A stretch of 64,000 bases of DNA, taken from Torpedo marmorata (taxonomy: Eukaryota). Both the position numbers and the translations under genes were made by a program. Shown in pieces: positions 1 to 12,082 of the stretch. The notes under the pieces were generated by a model. It was not told the DNA's origin. It searched no databases and saw only the letters and a list, made by a program, of their open reading frames with translations. The stretch covers positions 11,036,001 through 11,100,000 of the forward strand of contig OZ360247.1 in assembly GCA_977017645.1 (NCBI GenBank), written 5' to 3'. Within the stretch, counting starts at the first letter, position 1. The number at the start of each line of letters is the position of its first letter.

Positions 1-906
1 GTATGACTGTTTTCATAATGAAAACACTTTTATCGACCCTTGTATTAATTATTGATCACATGATATTTTGTCCTTATCTGCTGATCAGACCATGTTGATC
101 GGACAACTCAAATGTTGACATTATATCTCTGGTCTAAACCATTGTGTTTTCAGAAATTACTGTCTGATCTCAAATGCCAATGATATCTATAGCTCCTAAT
201 CAAACATTTCAATAACATGCAAGATGTTCTATTTTATCCATTTGTCCTTCACTCTCCATTTTCCTCCCATCCGTATCATGTGACCTGACTTTATCCACAC
301 TTGTGGTTCTCGAGCACCTGCCTCATATAAGCCACCTGCTACTTTCTCTCTCTTGTATGACAAGTTTAATTAGAAACCAAACAAAAGTATAGTGTATTCT
401 GGTTGCGGCACTGTAACCATTAGTTGACATTCTTCCTCACTCGATTTGTTGACTGACCAGCAAATGCTATTAGTAATGTGAAGAAAAATAAAGTGACAGA
501 GAAAGCATTCAGGAGGCCAGCAGAAGAAATGAAATTGAAGGTGATAAATGAAGTAGTCGCGGATAGATTTAGAGCTTGGGAAGAAGCAGATTCTACACTT
601 GGACTTGTAGAGCAGCTCACGTTTTGTTTAGAGACAGAAATCTGTGCAGCTCTACAAACATGCCAAAGCCAAGGACCTAAATGAGATACAAGATGGTCTC
701 GGTAGTGTGGAAGAAATATTCAAATCCAATGGAAGAATCAAGTTAAGTGTAAACCACTGACTGCTGAATGCCAAAGAAAGTCATTGGAGACAAAGACAAT
801 GAGAGAAAACTGGGGAGCTGAGACAATGCTTTCATGCTGAAAAGCTTTACCTACACAATGCCAGATAAGGACTGACAGTGTAACCTTCCATTATAAAATA
901 CTGATA

Positions 907-1249
907 CAGTAAAAGTCCCAAAATCCAGATGCCAGTAATCCGGACCAACTGAGAATCTGTACTTTTCGAAAACTCTCAAACTTTTACAAGCTTTTGTGTG
1001 TGTGCATGCATGCATAAGCACCAACAAGCATCCACGCTTTTTGTCAAGTGTTGACTTCATTTTTCTTTAAAACTGCTCATTTTGATAAATGAAGCATGCT
1101 GTATTTGCTAATGAATAAACTATCAAAACTTACCTGTTTAACTCTTCTTTATTCCTCCTTAAATTTGAATTTTAAAAGTATTGCCTGAGAATCCGGAAAA
1201 TCCAAACCGACCCAATCCCTGAGCAGTCCGGATTTTTGGATTTCTACTC
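907..1249. mobile_element. Tc1/mariner (Tigger-like) MITE, degenerate
   Basis: TA|CAGTAAAAGTCCCAAAATCCAGA ... TCCGGATTTTTGGATTTCTACTC|TA terminal inverted repeats. Confidence 0.55.
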
Positions 1250-1607
1250 TATAAGGTTTATCCTGGTAGAAATGTTGACGCAAAATCATCAAACAGGAAA
1301 CAAGTTTGTGGACAGAAAGTATATAGCACATCCAAAATTCTGAATTCATGGGTATTAAAACCTACTTTTCCACACCAATGTGCATTAGAATGTGGGATTT
1401 GGTTATGAAGGCCACAGAAGTGATGTCACGTGGTTATTTGAAATAGAACTAAACTGAAAATAATTTTAAAGGAAATAGAGAGGACATGAAATTAGAATTA
1501 AAAAATAAAGCTACTGCTGGATATTAAAATATAGATAAAGATCAAAAAATTAAATATATGAAATGATCACAGGTATTTTCAAGATTTTTGAAAAAGTATT
1601 AAATTAC

Positions 1608-3203
1608 CTTTGGCTCTTCTGTATATATTTCAGCATAGTTTGGTACGTATTTTCCTTTTCCTCCTTCATGTCCTCTGTGGGGTTTTTGCTTTTGTTCTGG
1701 TCGGGTTATTGGTGGAGGGAATATCTCTGTTTCTTTGCCATCTCCTTCTTCTTTTACATTTGGACTCAAAAGAGAAGGATTCCAAGATCCTACTTCAGGT
1801 AAATACTCTTTTCCTTCATACTGCTTCATTAGGTGTCCTATTTTGGTAAGAAGGTCTGTAAAAGCAGCCTCTAATTTATGTTTCAGACAATCTGTCTTAA
1901 TTATTCTTATTACATGAGCAAACAGAGTTTGTATATCCTTGTTGGGTTCTACAGTTCGCACTTCTTCATTAGCTTTAGCCTCAAACATATCATCAACATT
2001 TGTTTTCATTTTAGAATTATCTGATGAAGAACTTTTAACTGATTCCTTTTTTATTTTCTTGGGATGTACTGGGGGAAATAAATCGTTATTACCTTCCTGT
2101 GTGTCTATGCCCAGATTGCTGGTTGTCTGTTGTTCAGAACCCGTGACTTCGTTTAGCTGTTGATTGTAATTACCCTCTTTGTATTTCTTATATCCCTCTT
2201 TGGATTGTCTTACAATTTCAATTTGAGAAAGTTTAGTGCTGGGCTGTGTTGCAGGAGTTGGACTGAAACTTACATCAACATTTTTCTGCACAGCATTATC
2301 CAGGAACTGGCCGAGAGGCTTGTGCCAAGATTCATCTTCATTATCACCAGGATCAATCATCTCAACCTGTTGAAGAGCACGGCTGAAATGTCCAGGATTG
2401 GGTGCTGTCCTCAGAACTGGCTTTTGTTTAGCTTTAACATTATTTCCCACTTCAATGATTTCTTCAGGTAGCAATTCTATTACTTTGGGAATATCTGCTG
2501 ACTCTATATCTTTAGTTTTTGGCTCTGTGAGGGTTGAAATATCCAGTTCCTTAACATCTGGGTGAAGGATTCAATTTCATATATGATTTCTGGTTGTTCT
2601 ATAGTTGTTTCTGGGATTATTAAAATTGTAGTTGGCTCCACTTTCTCATTGTTATTTGCTTGTTGATCTAATTAAAGTTCTGTCTTAACTCTCCTTATTA
2701 CCCTGTGTTTTTTAAAATTATTCTGCGAATTAAATTTAAACCCTGCTTCCACAGGAAGCCCATACCTATGAGAATCACGTGGAACATCGCTGAATTGATG
2801 TAATGGAACTTTAACAGAACCAAATATATTCCGATGACTGCCCCACTGATGTTGCCTTGAAGATGCTTTGCTCTGCTAAGGTGAGGAGTATATCGAGCAT
2901 TTCTCTCGTAGGATGGCCTTTGCCTAATTCTACTTAAATGAGGAATACTTGCTGCTTTTGAAGCAACCAAACGTGGATCTAAATGATTTCCAATATACAT
3001 GTTCTTTTCATTTTCTTCTCTTTGATGAAGCAAACCTAATTTGGAAGATCTTGATAATGAGTTTTCACGAGGCAAACTTGGACTGTCCATCAAACTGGGA
3101 CCAGTGTTTTGATTAAGGAATGATTCCAAAATTTTATGGTTATTTAAGGACATCTGAGCTCTCAGCACAGTCCCATTAATCAATAGGAAAGTTTCACTTA
3201 CAT
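1608..3203 (-). pseudogene. LRRC37: LRRC37-like large exon containing the LRRC37AB C-terminal domain; frameshifted
   Basis: Acceptor tttgtatttcAG|AT at 3204/3203 and donor AAG|GTAATT at 1608/1607. Encodes VEPNKDIQTLFAHVIRIIKTDCLKHKLEAAFTDLLTKIGHLMK, comparable to human [23 protein letters not shown]...CAKLISRTGxLMK. Frame changes near 2870 and 2570; in-frame TAA at 2674-2672. Confidence 0.85.
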
Positions 3204-3479
3204 CTGAAATACAAATAAAAAGTGAATTCAGAAATAACATTTTCAGTATTTCCTGTTCTACTCGAAAAATGTTACCTTATTCTGTTCATTTTATTTACAG
3301 TTATTTCCCCTATTTACCTAGCTTTTGATATCATTTTTTTTATCTTGAATATTCCTAACACCCGTCTATGCAGAATCATTTGGAGTAGAGAGTGTAAATA
3401 TTCATCACTGTAACAAGACATTTCTCTTGTTTCCGTCCAATTGAGAAACAACATGAGACAGCACAACCCACATCAAATC

Positions 3480-3780
3480 TTCAGGCAGGGCAAACAGCTT
3501 CTCACCATTTATCATGTCAAACCCTTGAAGAAGTTCATATCTTGTCCATCATATCTTCCAAATATCAGAGAAAAGGTTAATTCCACAATTTCATCTCAGT
3601 TGACAGCTACAGAAATCAGTCTAATAAAGGGCAAGAGGAATAACTACACAACACTGTACTCCCAGCATGACCCCCATGACATCGTATACAGGTATAATTG
3701 CAGCAAGACTTCCTTCAAATCCCTTGCAATAATTTTGAACATGCAAATAGTTTCTTAATTCCTTGCTATGCCAACCAAGA
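3480..3780 (-). mobile_element. Old CR1 LINE 3' remnant
   Basis: Degenerate similarity to the reverse complement of the CR1 3' region at 9.3-9.9 kb. Confidence 0.45.
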
Positions 3781-4844
3781 TTTAATCATGAATTTCAGGT
3801 CAAGTATTTCAATGAGAGCACTTTTGGATGACTTGTGCATTTGACCCTGAATACTTTGTGTTTGTTTAAGTTTATATATTTTATCCAGTTTCATATGCCT
3901 TGATTGTAGTTTATTTATTTAGTCCAGGAAATGTTTGATACATTAGAGCTACACTTGAATCTCAGTACGCAATTTGAAAACTTTGACAATATTAATAACA
4001 ATACTAAAACATATTGTACATGAAGAATTGAAAAGCACATTAGCCTTATTTACATTACTTTTACTCCCAATTTAGCCTTTATCATGCTTAGCCTCAGGCT
4101 TCCCTCCCATGCTGCTCAACACACTCCACCAATCACAGCCAAACATAGAACTAACTCAACAGAGAACTTCTCCAGCTCGACCTGTCCACAAAATTACTTC
4201 ACTCTGCTGCCAAACTATACTTCTTCATGTATCTTGCAACCAACAGCTCGTCTTCAAAAATTTTACAGCAGGAAGAAATCTGCACTTGGGCTATTTAAAG
4301 GGAATGCTAATCACTTGCAAGTTTAATGATGATTAACTTGCAGGAAATTGGGTTATTGCAAAGAGTTCTTTACACTTTTCAGAACCTAGCTCAGATTCTG
4401 AAATTTATCGTGAATGGTATGCTGAGACTTCTGAACTCCAGCCAACTACTTTCTCCCAGATAAGTGGGTTTGGTAGCAATGCTTCATGGTCTCCAGCATG
4501 ATAGAATGAGAGGACTAACAGAGCCTATTAGAAAAGAGGAGGTTGAAGGGGAGAAAGGCCTTCAAGAGGAAGTCACATCCACAGATTTTTCAGGACTAGT
4601 TCTCCCCAACCCATCCTAGTATCAGCAAAGCTTGAAGAGATTTGGTTCTCGCATGATTGACAGGGTAATGTCATGTGCTGAAGCTAAAACTATAGATGCC
4701 AAGTAAGGCCAGAACCATTTACTGCCAGTGGCAGTGAAGGTGACAGTGGTCATCAATTTCTGCATCTCCAGTGTGGGGGACATCAATAATATTTTACAAT
4801 TAAGCATTAGAGAGATCACAGAGCCTCAGAACATCTTAAGTTTT

Positions 4845-5094
4845 AAAGATTTAGACATACAGCATGGTAACAAGCCATTTCGGCCCACAAGCCGGTGCCG
4901 CCCAATTACACCCAGTTAACCTACAACCCCCAGTACGTTTCAAATGGTGAGAGGAAACAGGAGCCTCCGAAGGAAACCCACGCAGACACAGGGAGATCGT
5001 ACAAACTCCTGACAAATAGTGCGGGATTCAAACCCTGGTCCTGATCGCTGGCGCAGCAACAGCGTTGCGCTAACTTGCGCTAACCGTCCCACCC
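4845..5094 (-). mobile_element. tRNA-derived V-SINE (HE1-like)
   Basis: The reverse complement has a tRNA-like head with A/B boxes, the V-domain GGAGTTTGTACG..CTCCCTGTGTCTGCGTGGGTTTCC and an AT-rich tail; homologous to the copies at 8696, 16603 and 63568. Confidence 0.85.
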
Positions 5095-5429
5095 TGCAGA
5101 TTTGAATTCATCATTTTCTCTCTTAAGACATCAGTAGGTGTATTCTTTATAAGAGAGGTCATTAAAAGTTACTGCATTTGGATCGAGTTAAGGTTACATT
5201 CAAATCAGCCATGAAATGGCAAAGCACATACTAGAGGCCGGGTGGCTGACTCCTGAGTGTTCATGTGTTGACAGAGAATAGCAGCCAGGCAGAGATTTAA
5301 CTGGATTTCTGGCTTACCAATTGTGCAGGGAGCCAGTTATTGTACTCATGTCTCTTGAAGATCCCAACTAAGAAACCAGAGATAATCTGCAACTACATGG
5401 AATTTCACTTTGTGCTTGTTTAGTTGTGT

Positions 5430-5780
5430 TCCATCAATATCTAATTGGATCATGATGGGAACAGGGGAAGAGGGGATATGGTGGGAGAGGTGTGTGGGTG
5501 GTGGGTAGATGGAGAAGGTGGGAAGGAGAAAGGAACCAGCTAACAGGGAACAGGGGAGGGAGGGCTGGAAAGAAGGTGGTGTGTGAGAGTACCTAGATGG
5601 ATGCGACAGAGAGAGGAAAGGACTGAGAGGGGAGCAGGATATTTTAATTTGAAGAATTCATTGTTCATGCCATTAGGGTGTAGATTAGTTATGCAGAATA
5701 TGAGGTGCTGTTCCTCAAATTTGCTTTCAGCCTCAACCTTGCAATGGAAGATGCAGAGGACAGATAGTGTGGGAATAGGA
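5430..5780 (-). mobile_element. Penelope-like element 3' fragment (GIY-YIG C-terminus plus purine-rich UTR)
   Basis: KFEEQHLIFCITNLHPNGMNNEF matches KLEEQHLIFRLGTLQPDGININF in the 12-14 kb element. Confidence 0.7.
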
Positions 5781-5857
5781 ATCAATGTCATATAATGAAA
5801 GTTAAAGTACCAATGTCGTCAGATTCTTGAACATCATTGACATAAAGAGAAACCTTA

Positions 5858-6088
5858 GTCAAAACACAGAAATGCTGGAGAAACTTAGCTGGTCTCACAG
5901 CGTTCATAGGAGGTAAAGATATAATACCAATGTATCAGATACTTCCTCAAGAGGAAGAGCTCAGGCCTGATACATTGGTAATATATCTTTACCTCCTACG
6001 AACGCTGTGAGACCGGCTAAGTTTCTCCAGCATTTCTGTGTTTTGACTATAATCACAACATCTGCAGACTTTTAAGTTTCACTCTTAT
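5858..6088. mobile_element. Short fold-back element made of two inverted Penelope pLTR ends, with 11-bp TSD
   Basis: ~75-bp inverted arms (AAACACAGAAATGCTGGAGAAACTTAGC... / ...GCTAAGTTTCTCCAGCATTTCTGTGTTT); flanking direct repeat GAGAAACCTTA at 5847-5857 and 6089-6099. Confidence 0.8.
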
Positions 6089-6362
6089 GAGAAACCTTAA
6101 ATAAGAAAGTAACAAAACTCTTTAGAATCCAGTTAGTGAAAAGAGAAATATATTCTGACTATTTGCTTGGTGTAATTTTTTAATATTTGCTTTTAAGAAC
6201 CATCCCTTTGAAATAATTATTTTCAATACTGACACTTTTATAGGTTTCACTTAACAAGCCAACATGATATACAAAATGCAATAGGTTTCTTTGTCAGTTG
6301 GCCAATGAGCAGGAAACAGGTTCAGTGTGGATTTCTGATGACTGGAGAATTTTATTTTTAAA

Positions 6363-6727
6363 AAAGTGAAACTCTGATAATCTGCTCTTCCATTGTTCAG
6401 AAATCACGATGGCTCGATATCTCTCTCACCAGGTACTGTTTCACGTGCTCCCTTTAAACTCACTCGGGGCTTGTTTCCTGCACTCCCTCAAGCAGACCAG
6501 GGCCCAGTTTCCATACTCCCTTTACACTCATCAGGATCCCACTTCCTGTGGTCCATTTAAACTCATCAGATTGATTGGAAAATTTCTTATACTAATGTGT
6601 TGTACCTTAAAAAGTACATTATAAGTGTGTTGGAGTTTTAAAAGGAATAACATTCATTAGTCTGGAAAATCTGCCAGTCCGGCATACCAAAGTCCCAAGG
6701 TTGATGGATTATCGGAGTTTCCTTGTG
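6363..6727. mobile_element. Old Tigger-like MITE
   Basis: Degenerate TIRs AAGTGAAACTCTGATAATCTG ... TGGATTATCGGAGTTTCCTTG. Confidence 0.4.
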
Positions 6728-6850
6728 TACATTATGCTGTCTGTCACATTAAGTAATGTTCACTGGATGGCATGAAAGAATTATGATTCAAATAGTGCTT
6801 GTATCCATGAATACAATTGTAGTTTCTGTATATAGGCGGACACAACCTAC

Positions 6851-6966
6851 AACATGAGGTGTCATTAGCACATGGATTTGAACAGTCCATCTTCACAGTA
6901 TTGAAGAGAATTTCAATAGTTCGGGCAACAGAGCAAAGGCAGCACCTCACTCGATCAGGCAAATCA
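6851..6966 (-). pseudogene. LRRC37: LRRC37-like LRRCT (cysteine cap) exon, 116 bp
   Basis: cttttacAG|T ... T|GTAGGT. Translates DLPDRVRCCLCSVARTIEILFNTVKMDCSNPCANDTSC, comparable to [39 protein letters not shown]. Its phase joins the exon starting at 3203 in frame. Confidence 0.88.
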
Positions 6967-7040
6967 CTGTAAAAGTAATGAAGTAACATAGGGTGGTAAT
7001 GTAAATGATGTACCTTGGTAGAGAATGGAAAAACACTCAC

Positions 7041-7115
7041 AGCCGTACAATATTTGGAACTGCCATAAAAGCTGGGTACATCATTAGAACTGAGAGTTTA
7101 GTTCCACGCAAGTCT
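7041..7115 (-). pseudogene. LRRC37: LRRC37-like last LRR exon, 75 bp
   Basis: tttattttTAG|A ... CT|GTGAGT. Translates DLRGTKLSVLMMYPAFMAVPNIVRL, comparable to [25 protein letters not shown]. A 74-bp intron separates it from the next exon. Confidence 0.8.
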
Positions 7116-7475
7116 CTAAAAATAAAGTTGGTTAAGCAGAAAAGACTACATGATTATTAAGAAATAAAATATTCCATTCTCAACTATAATTTACCATTTT
7201 AATGCCACTCTAAAAACCTGTAACACAGGTCAGGTGATTGAATAAATGCCCAACATCTGTGCAATATTCCTGCATCCCACAAAATATAGTGAAGATTGTG
7301 AATTCAAGCATAGTTCTATCAGACAACATGACACCACACCAATGGACACATGATATTTAGTATTCAACCTATATATAATGTTTCAATTAGTCACTGCATT
7401 TTAAAAACAGACTTAGTTTCTTACTACTTCTGCACATTTTAGTACCACAAGTAGTTCCAAGAGACGTGAATACTA

Positions 7476-8287
7476 CCGTATATTTCGGCGTATAAGTCGA
7501 CCGGCAGATAAGTCGACACCCCTTTTTCAGCCTCATTTTAATGGTTTTATGGTATATCCGGCGTATAAGTCGACCCCAAAAATCGCGATGCCTGAGATGT
7601 TGCGCATTGACCGGCGTATAAGTCGACCCCCAATTTTCAGGCTGTCTGGGCCTCCCAGCAACAACCCAAAATTTGTTACAACATCCCAATCGCCAAGTAA
7701 CAAAGTTGTAAATTAAGCAAGTACCGGTAAGTAAAAAAAACAGTAAAAAAAACCTTTGCTTCTGGCCGGGAAGATGCAGGTGCGGCGACGTCTTTCTCCT
7801 GAGCAGGTGCGGGGACCTCGTTCTCCCGAGCAGGAGCGGGGACGTCTTTCTCCCGAGCAGGAGCGGGGACTCATTCTCCCGAGCAGGAGCGGGGACTCAT
7901 TCTCCCGGGCAGGAGCGGGGACTCATTCTCCCGGGCAGGAGCGGCGACCTCGTTCTCCCGGGTAGGAGCGGGGACCTCGGGCTCTACAATTGTAGAATGT
8001 CTGGGTGGTTTATGGCGGCGCCCGGCAGTGGGGAGGTGTCGGGGAGCGGCGGCGCCGGCGGTGGGGAGGTGCTTCCAGGGTCGACCTATACGCCGAATCG
8101 TGTTTTCAGGGGTCGACTTATACACCGAATCGTGTTTTCAGGGGTCGACTTATACGCCGAATCGGCGTGAACTCGATTTTGAGCTGATTTTAAGGTCTCA
8201 AAAGTATATCCGGCGTATAAGTCGACCCCCGTTTTTTGAGACATTTTTGAGGGTTTCAAGGGTCGACTTATACGCCGAAATATACGG
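7476..8287 (+). mobile_element. Non-autonomous pogo-family DNA transposon (related to 23893-25784)
   Basis: TA|CCGTATATTTCGGCGTATAAGTCGACC ... GGTCGACTTATACGCCGAAATATACGG|TA perfect TIRs with TA TSD; repeated subterminal GGCGTATAAGTCGACC motifs; no transposase. Confidence 0.92.
7790..7980 (+). repeat. GC-rich ~23-28-bp minisatellite inside the pogo derivative
   Basis: About 8 copies of TTCTCCCG(A/G)GCAGGAGCGGGGAC(TCA/CTCG/GTCT). Confidence 0.85.
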
Positions 8288-8695
8288 TAATTTTAAAATG
8301 CTATTTCCAATTTTGATAACCTGACAAAATAAACATTAGCAGCAATAATTTTACAAAAACATCACTTATCATCTGCACACAAAGTTGTCTATCATAACAA
8401 GAAAATTCTCCTTGTGTAACATACAATACAAATAAACCAACCACTCATTATGTTGCTGAGATAGATCTTGCTGTATATAAAAGGTCAGCTATTTTTATAG
8501 CAAATTTAGTGTGCTATGATTTTTTTTTGTGAGGGGAAGGGAAAGGATAGAACATTCATTCCTTTAACTGGCTGTTAAAGGAATGAATGTTCAAGTATAT
8601 TAGCTGTTTTATGCATTCAAAGACTGAGCTAACACCAATTCCTGTATTGCCATCTGTCCCTTGCTCCAAAAATCCTACTTTCACTGCATGCATAT

Positions 8696-8968
8696 GGGGG
8701 CATGGTTAGCGTAGCAGTTAGCGCAATGCTGTTACAGCACTAGCGATCGGGACTGGGGTTCAAATCCCGCGCTGTCTGTAAGGAGTTTGTATGTTTTCCC
8801 TGTGTCTGCGTGGGTTTTCCCCAGGGGCTCCAGTTTCCTCCCACCGTTCAAAAAGTACTGGGGGTTGTAGGTCATTTGGGTGTATTTGGGCGGCACGGGT
8901 TTGTGGGCCGAAAGGACCGTACCGTGCTGTATGTCTAAATTAAAATAAATTAAACTAAATTAAATTAA
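8696..8968 (+). mobile_element. tRNA-derived V-SINE (HE1-like), full length
   Basis: GGGGCATGGTTAGCGTAGCAGTTAGC head, B-box GGTTCAAATCC, V-domain and (TAAAT)n tail. Confidence 0.88.
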
Positions 8969-9324
8969 AATATGATCCAACTGTGATAATTTCAACATTA
9001 ATTAATAGTATCTGTCACAATACGTTGGACCATTCCTACAAGGCCCATTCTCTTTGATGCAACCTTATGTATTCAGAATTTGGCATTGCTCAGACATGTC
9101 AAACATGTTAAGCTTACTGCATGTATTTTAATTTTGTTGATCCAATCTACAACAGTCAATTAATCTTATGCTAAGCATTTACCAGCTGCACAGACTGTTC
9201 TCAATGATCAGAGATGCATACAGTTTGCAAATGTTATTGCAATTTCATAATAAAAATAAGGCTGTGTAGTTTGTTTTTCCATAAAAATAAATTTCAGGAA
9301 AGAAATACAAGTAGCCCTGGGTAA

Positions 9325-9935
9325 AAGTAGAGCAAAGAGGTCCTTCTGCAGTTGTACAGGGCCCTGGTGAGACCACACCTGGAGTATTGTGTGCAGTTTT
9401 GGTCTCCAGGTTTGAGGAAGGACATTCTTGCTATTGAGGGAGTGCAGCGTAGGTCCACGAGGTTAATTCCCGGGATGGCGGGACTGTCATATGTTGAATG
9501 ATTGGAGCGATTGGGCTTGTATACACTGGAATTTAGAAGGATGAGAGGGGATCTGATTGAAACATATAAGATTATTAAGGGATTGAACACACTAGAGGCA
9601 GGAAACATGTTCCCAATGTTGGGGGAGTCGAGAACCAGAGGCCACAGTTTAAGAATAAGGGGTAGGCCATTTAGAACGGAGTTGAGGAAAAACTTTTTCA
9701 CCCAGAGAATTGTGGATCTGTGGAATGCTCTGCCTCAGAAGGCAGTGGAGGCCAATTCTCTGGATGCTTTCAAGAAAGAGTTAGATAGAGCTCTTAAAGA
9801 TACCGGAGTCAAGGGATATGGGGAGAAGGCAGGAACGGGGTACTGATAGTGGAAGATCAGCCATGATCACAGTGAATGGTGGTGCTGGCTCAAAGAGCCG
9901 AATGGCCTACTCCTGCACCTATTGTCCATTGTACT
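9325..9935 (+). mobile_element. CR1 LINE, 5'-truncated 3' end (young)
   Basis: LYRALVRPHLEYCVQFWSP and ERLGLYTLEFRRMRGDLIETYKIIKG...TRGHSLRI ORF2 C-terminus, then a 3' UTR ending AATGGCCTACTCCTGC. Confidence 0.92.
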
Positions 9936-10449
9936 ATGTACTGATTTCTATAACCATCTTAGAAAAATTCGCATTTGTAGCCATCTTTAATTTACAAGTT
10001 TTATAAATATGACTTGCATACTAGATGCTGTAGCAATTTATTCATCAATATAATTTGTCTTACTTTGTCTCCTATATACTTTGTCTCCTATGCTTATGTT
10101 TGTAGTGATCAAAATGGGAAAGTCTGTTGTCAATTGAAACTTATTTCAATTGAAGATCATTGATTATTCTGCATTTCATTGTGTGCTTAATAGTAAATAA
10201 GGTGGTGTAGTTTAGAGGTTAAGTGTATATTTAGCATACACCATTGGATGTACAAATTTTGTAGTAGCCATTGGATACCAGTGGATCGTCACTAAGGCTG
10301 TCAGAATTATGCCAAAAATAACAGTGTGGCAACAAACAGGTGTTGAGGAGTCAAAGAAGATAGTGAAGAGGCAACTGTCATTGAGGAATGGGGCTGAATC
10401 AGTCCTATGCCCCAGATGCTATCAATGCTATGGATAAAGGGGATCAGTG

Positions 10450-11330
10450 TAACTTAATCAATTTTGCTGATGATATAAAGCTAGGCAGCAGTGTCAGCTA
10501 TGAGGAGAATGCACAGAGGCTTTAGGACAATTACAACAGGCTAAGTGAATGGAGAGGACATGGAAAATGGAACACAATGTGGAAAAACAAATTGTGTTTT
10601 TGGTTAAAAAACAAAATATGACAGAGAATCTTTAAGTGGCACAAGAATGAAAAGTTCAGTATGACCTGTTTATCCTTGCACACATATCACTGACAGCAAA
10701 TATGCAGGCTCTGCAGACAATCAGAAAGGCAAATGGTATGGTGGCCTTTACTGCAAGAGAATTCGAGTATTTGAGTTGAGACATCTTGCTCCAATTATAC
10801 AGTCAAGTTGAGATCTAAACTGTTTGTCTCCCAACCACACAAAAGATACAACTGGAATAAAATACAGCAAATATTTATCAGATTGATTCCTGGATCAGTG
10901 GTTCTATTGGATGAAGAGAATTTAAGTAGGCTAAACCTGTGCTCCCTTGAGTCCAGAAGAATAAGAGGTCATCTCAATGAAACATAAAATTTTCATGGGA
11001 CTTGCAATGTTAATGTCTTCCCTGTGTTGATGTCTTGGGATACCTAGAACCAGGAATCACTCTCAAAATATGCAGGGATCATCCAGGAGAGAGATGGCAA
11101 TAAATGTCTTCACTCAGGAAGGTGGTGGATCATTGGAAATCGTCACCCAAGGGGACAGTAAAGGCTCTATTACTGAATGTATCCAAAAATGAAATTGATA
11201 GAATTTTAAATATGAACAGAATCAAGAAATATATTGGTGCCACTGGTGTAACTGAGGTAAGAAGATTTCATTGAATGATGGAACAGACATGGTGGTAAAG
11301 GCCTACTCCTGCTTCTAGTCCTATTCTAAA
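10450..11330 (+). mobile_element. Old CR1 LINE fragment (RT C-terminal half to 3' UTR)
   Basis: Degenerate FADD motif (ttttgctgatgat, ~10462), collinear with the 9.3-kb CR1 copy and ending GGCCTACTCCTGCT. Confidence 0.75.
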
Positions 11331-12082
11331 TTACTGAGAGAGATTTTCCTGAGCAAATCTGTTGCCAGGATGCACAACCATGAAAATAAATCATGCTACT
11401 CTTCATATTCCCTTTGGACCTGGCCTCCATGCATGTTGACCTATTTTAGAGCTCCTATAAAATATGTCAATTTAATCAGAAATTTCAGGGATAGAAGGCT
11501 AATAATCATCCACAGTTCACCCCTGAGGGTTGTGGTGGACGACTTTACAGTCTTAGGCCTTCAGGGCCCTGCCTGCAGACTGCTGTGTCTCAACATCAGT
11601 CAGGGCCATCTGGATTATTGTTTGAGGCCTATAAAAACCATTGTGTGAAACTACTATTGGTGCAGGGAAACAGAGATGAGCAGTAACCCTGAGAAGGGAT
11701 ACCATCAGCCTCTCCCTTTGGCTTCCATACCTATATTGTGGTTTATAAATGCAATGTAGCAATGCTCTGAAAATTCTTCACGGATGGAGAAATTGAGAAA
11801 ATGCTTCAAACCTTTGGTGCAATATATTCAAAGTTTTCACTGGGAACTCCATTCCTGGGGTATTCATTGAACTGATTTATTTTCTCTATGGATAGTCTCC
11901 ATGCATAGTCTCAATAACACATGCACACTTGCTCAAGCTAAAGCTGGAAACTTTTTAAATCTGTGGTATTATGTGCAAGCTTTCTGGTAAACAGCTCAGA
12001 GCTAATAAAAGGTGACTTCAAAATGTAGTCTTTGAATGCCCACTGCAGCAAGTTTGGGAAACAAGCTCTCCCTTCAGTTAGC

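Noticed and set aside
478-684. 68-aa ORF in purine-rich sequence, possibly a gag-like remnant
   Set aside because: No identifiable motif, LTR pair or primer-binding site.
2698-2830. Hydrophobic C-terminus of ORF 2698-3240 as a transmembrane segment
   Set aside because: It is most likely out-of-frame read-through after a frameshift; another frame gives the hydrophilic sequence continuous with the rest of the large exon.
5318-5367. AG...GTAAGC-bounded 50-bp minus-strand segment as an extra LRRC37-like exon
   Set aside because: The flanking exons (6851 and 3203) already join in phase, this length would shift the frame and it shows no family similarity.
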